DNA of 63,959 nucleotides, filler included, from Octopus bimaculoides (lineage: Eukaryota): NCBI RefSeq assembly GCF_001194135.2. It is 5 parts of 5 records of this genome, joined end to end, with 100 filler letters (N's around TTAATTAATTAA, not from the genome) between each part and the next. Parts side by side here need not be neighbours in the genome. Positions count along the whole stretch, not along the records: positions 59,670 to 63,959 come from NC_069003.1; 4 more parts are not named here. One strand, given 5' to 3'. The position numbers and the translations under genes were made by a program. Shown here piece after piece: positions 63,377-63,959 of the stretch. The notes below the pieces were generated by a model, which did no database searches, was not told where the DNA came from, and saw only the letters and a list, made by a program, of their open reading frames with translations. Numbering within the stretch: position 1 is the stretch's first letter; every line of letters begins with the position of its first letter.

Positions 63377-63959
63377 TTCAGTTACTCGCACGTACACACG
63401 CACGCTTACATAGAGAAGATCGCATACAGAATCTCACACACACATACAGACAGAGTCAATTACAAAGAACTACATACATAAGCACAGGGACAAACACACA
63501 CATACATTCACGCACACATACATTCACACACAAACAGAGAAGGTCACACAGAATCACACGAACACACACACATACCCGAGCAGAAAGAGTCAATTACACA
63601 CACGCACACACACACACATGCAAACACATCCTCACACACACATATACATATACACAAACACACAGTGTTCCATTCTTAACATACGACAAAAAATCTCGCA
63701 ACAATCAAGCATTGCTGTTTTTTTTTAACGTAGATATTTTTGTTTGTGCGTTTTTTTTTTCTTTTTAGCCTTTTATTTTATGCTTTTTTTAAATAGTCTT
63801 TTGTTGAAAATTTTCATTCGTTTATTTATTATTCCATTATTTATTTACCATTTTCAGAGGGGTGGAGGGTGTCTTTACGGGGCGGGGGAACGAAGAAGGT
63901 GGGTATTTTTCTGTGAATTACATTCTTGTCATACTAACAGATTATGCGATGCAGCTGTC

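Noticed and set aside
63858-63898. 41-bp mini-exon candidate (TTTTCAG|...AAG|GTGGGT)
   Set aside because: Splice signals only, no recognisable peptide and no partner exon in the window.

Overview
AT-rich, gap-riddled eukaryotic animal DNA. The SINE/LINE content and extreme microsatellite density point to an octopod cephalopod (inferred from recall of such repeats, not from a search). About a fifth of the window is N. Four 100-bp gaps carry an artificial N44-TTAATTAATTAA-N44 linker, so the window is five pieces whose adjacency is unverified: 1-11322, 11423-17018, 17119-28668, 28769-59569 and 59670-end. Most supplied ORFs are microsatellite or N artefacts. No intact host gene, rRNA or CRISPR array is present. 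Recognisable content is mostly decayed transposons: Tx1/L1-clade, RTE and several restriction-like-endonuclease (R4/Dong-type) LINE pieces; Penelope-like elements (PLEs) with hammerhead-like motifs; a tandem Helitron carrying TTAGGG repeats; maT and rosa (DD41D) Tc1/mariner fragments; hAT and Tigger-like MITEs; and at least five tRNA-derived SINE families. There is also a 5'-damaged tRNA-Pro. Main leads: (1) a candidate terminal coding exon encoding a transmembrane C-terminus (minus, 20323-20435) inside a CpG-decayed 8-kb domain that looks like a methylated gene body; (2) four independent local inverted duplications or fold-back inversions of 21-55 bp; (3) a head-to-head Tx1/Dong-type junction inside one (AAT)n tract. 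All family names come from motif recognition by eye.
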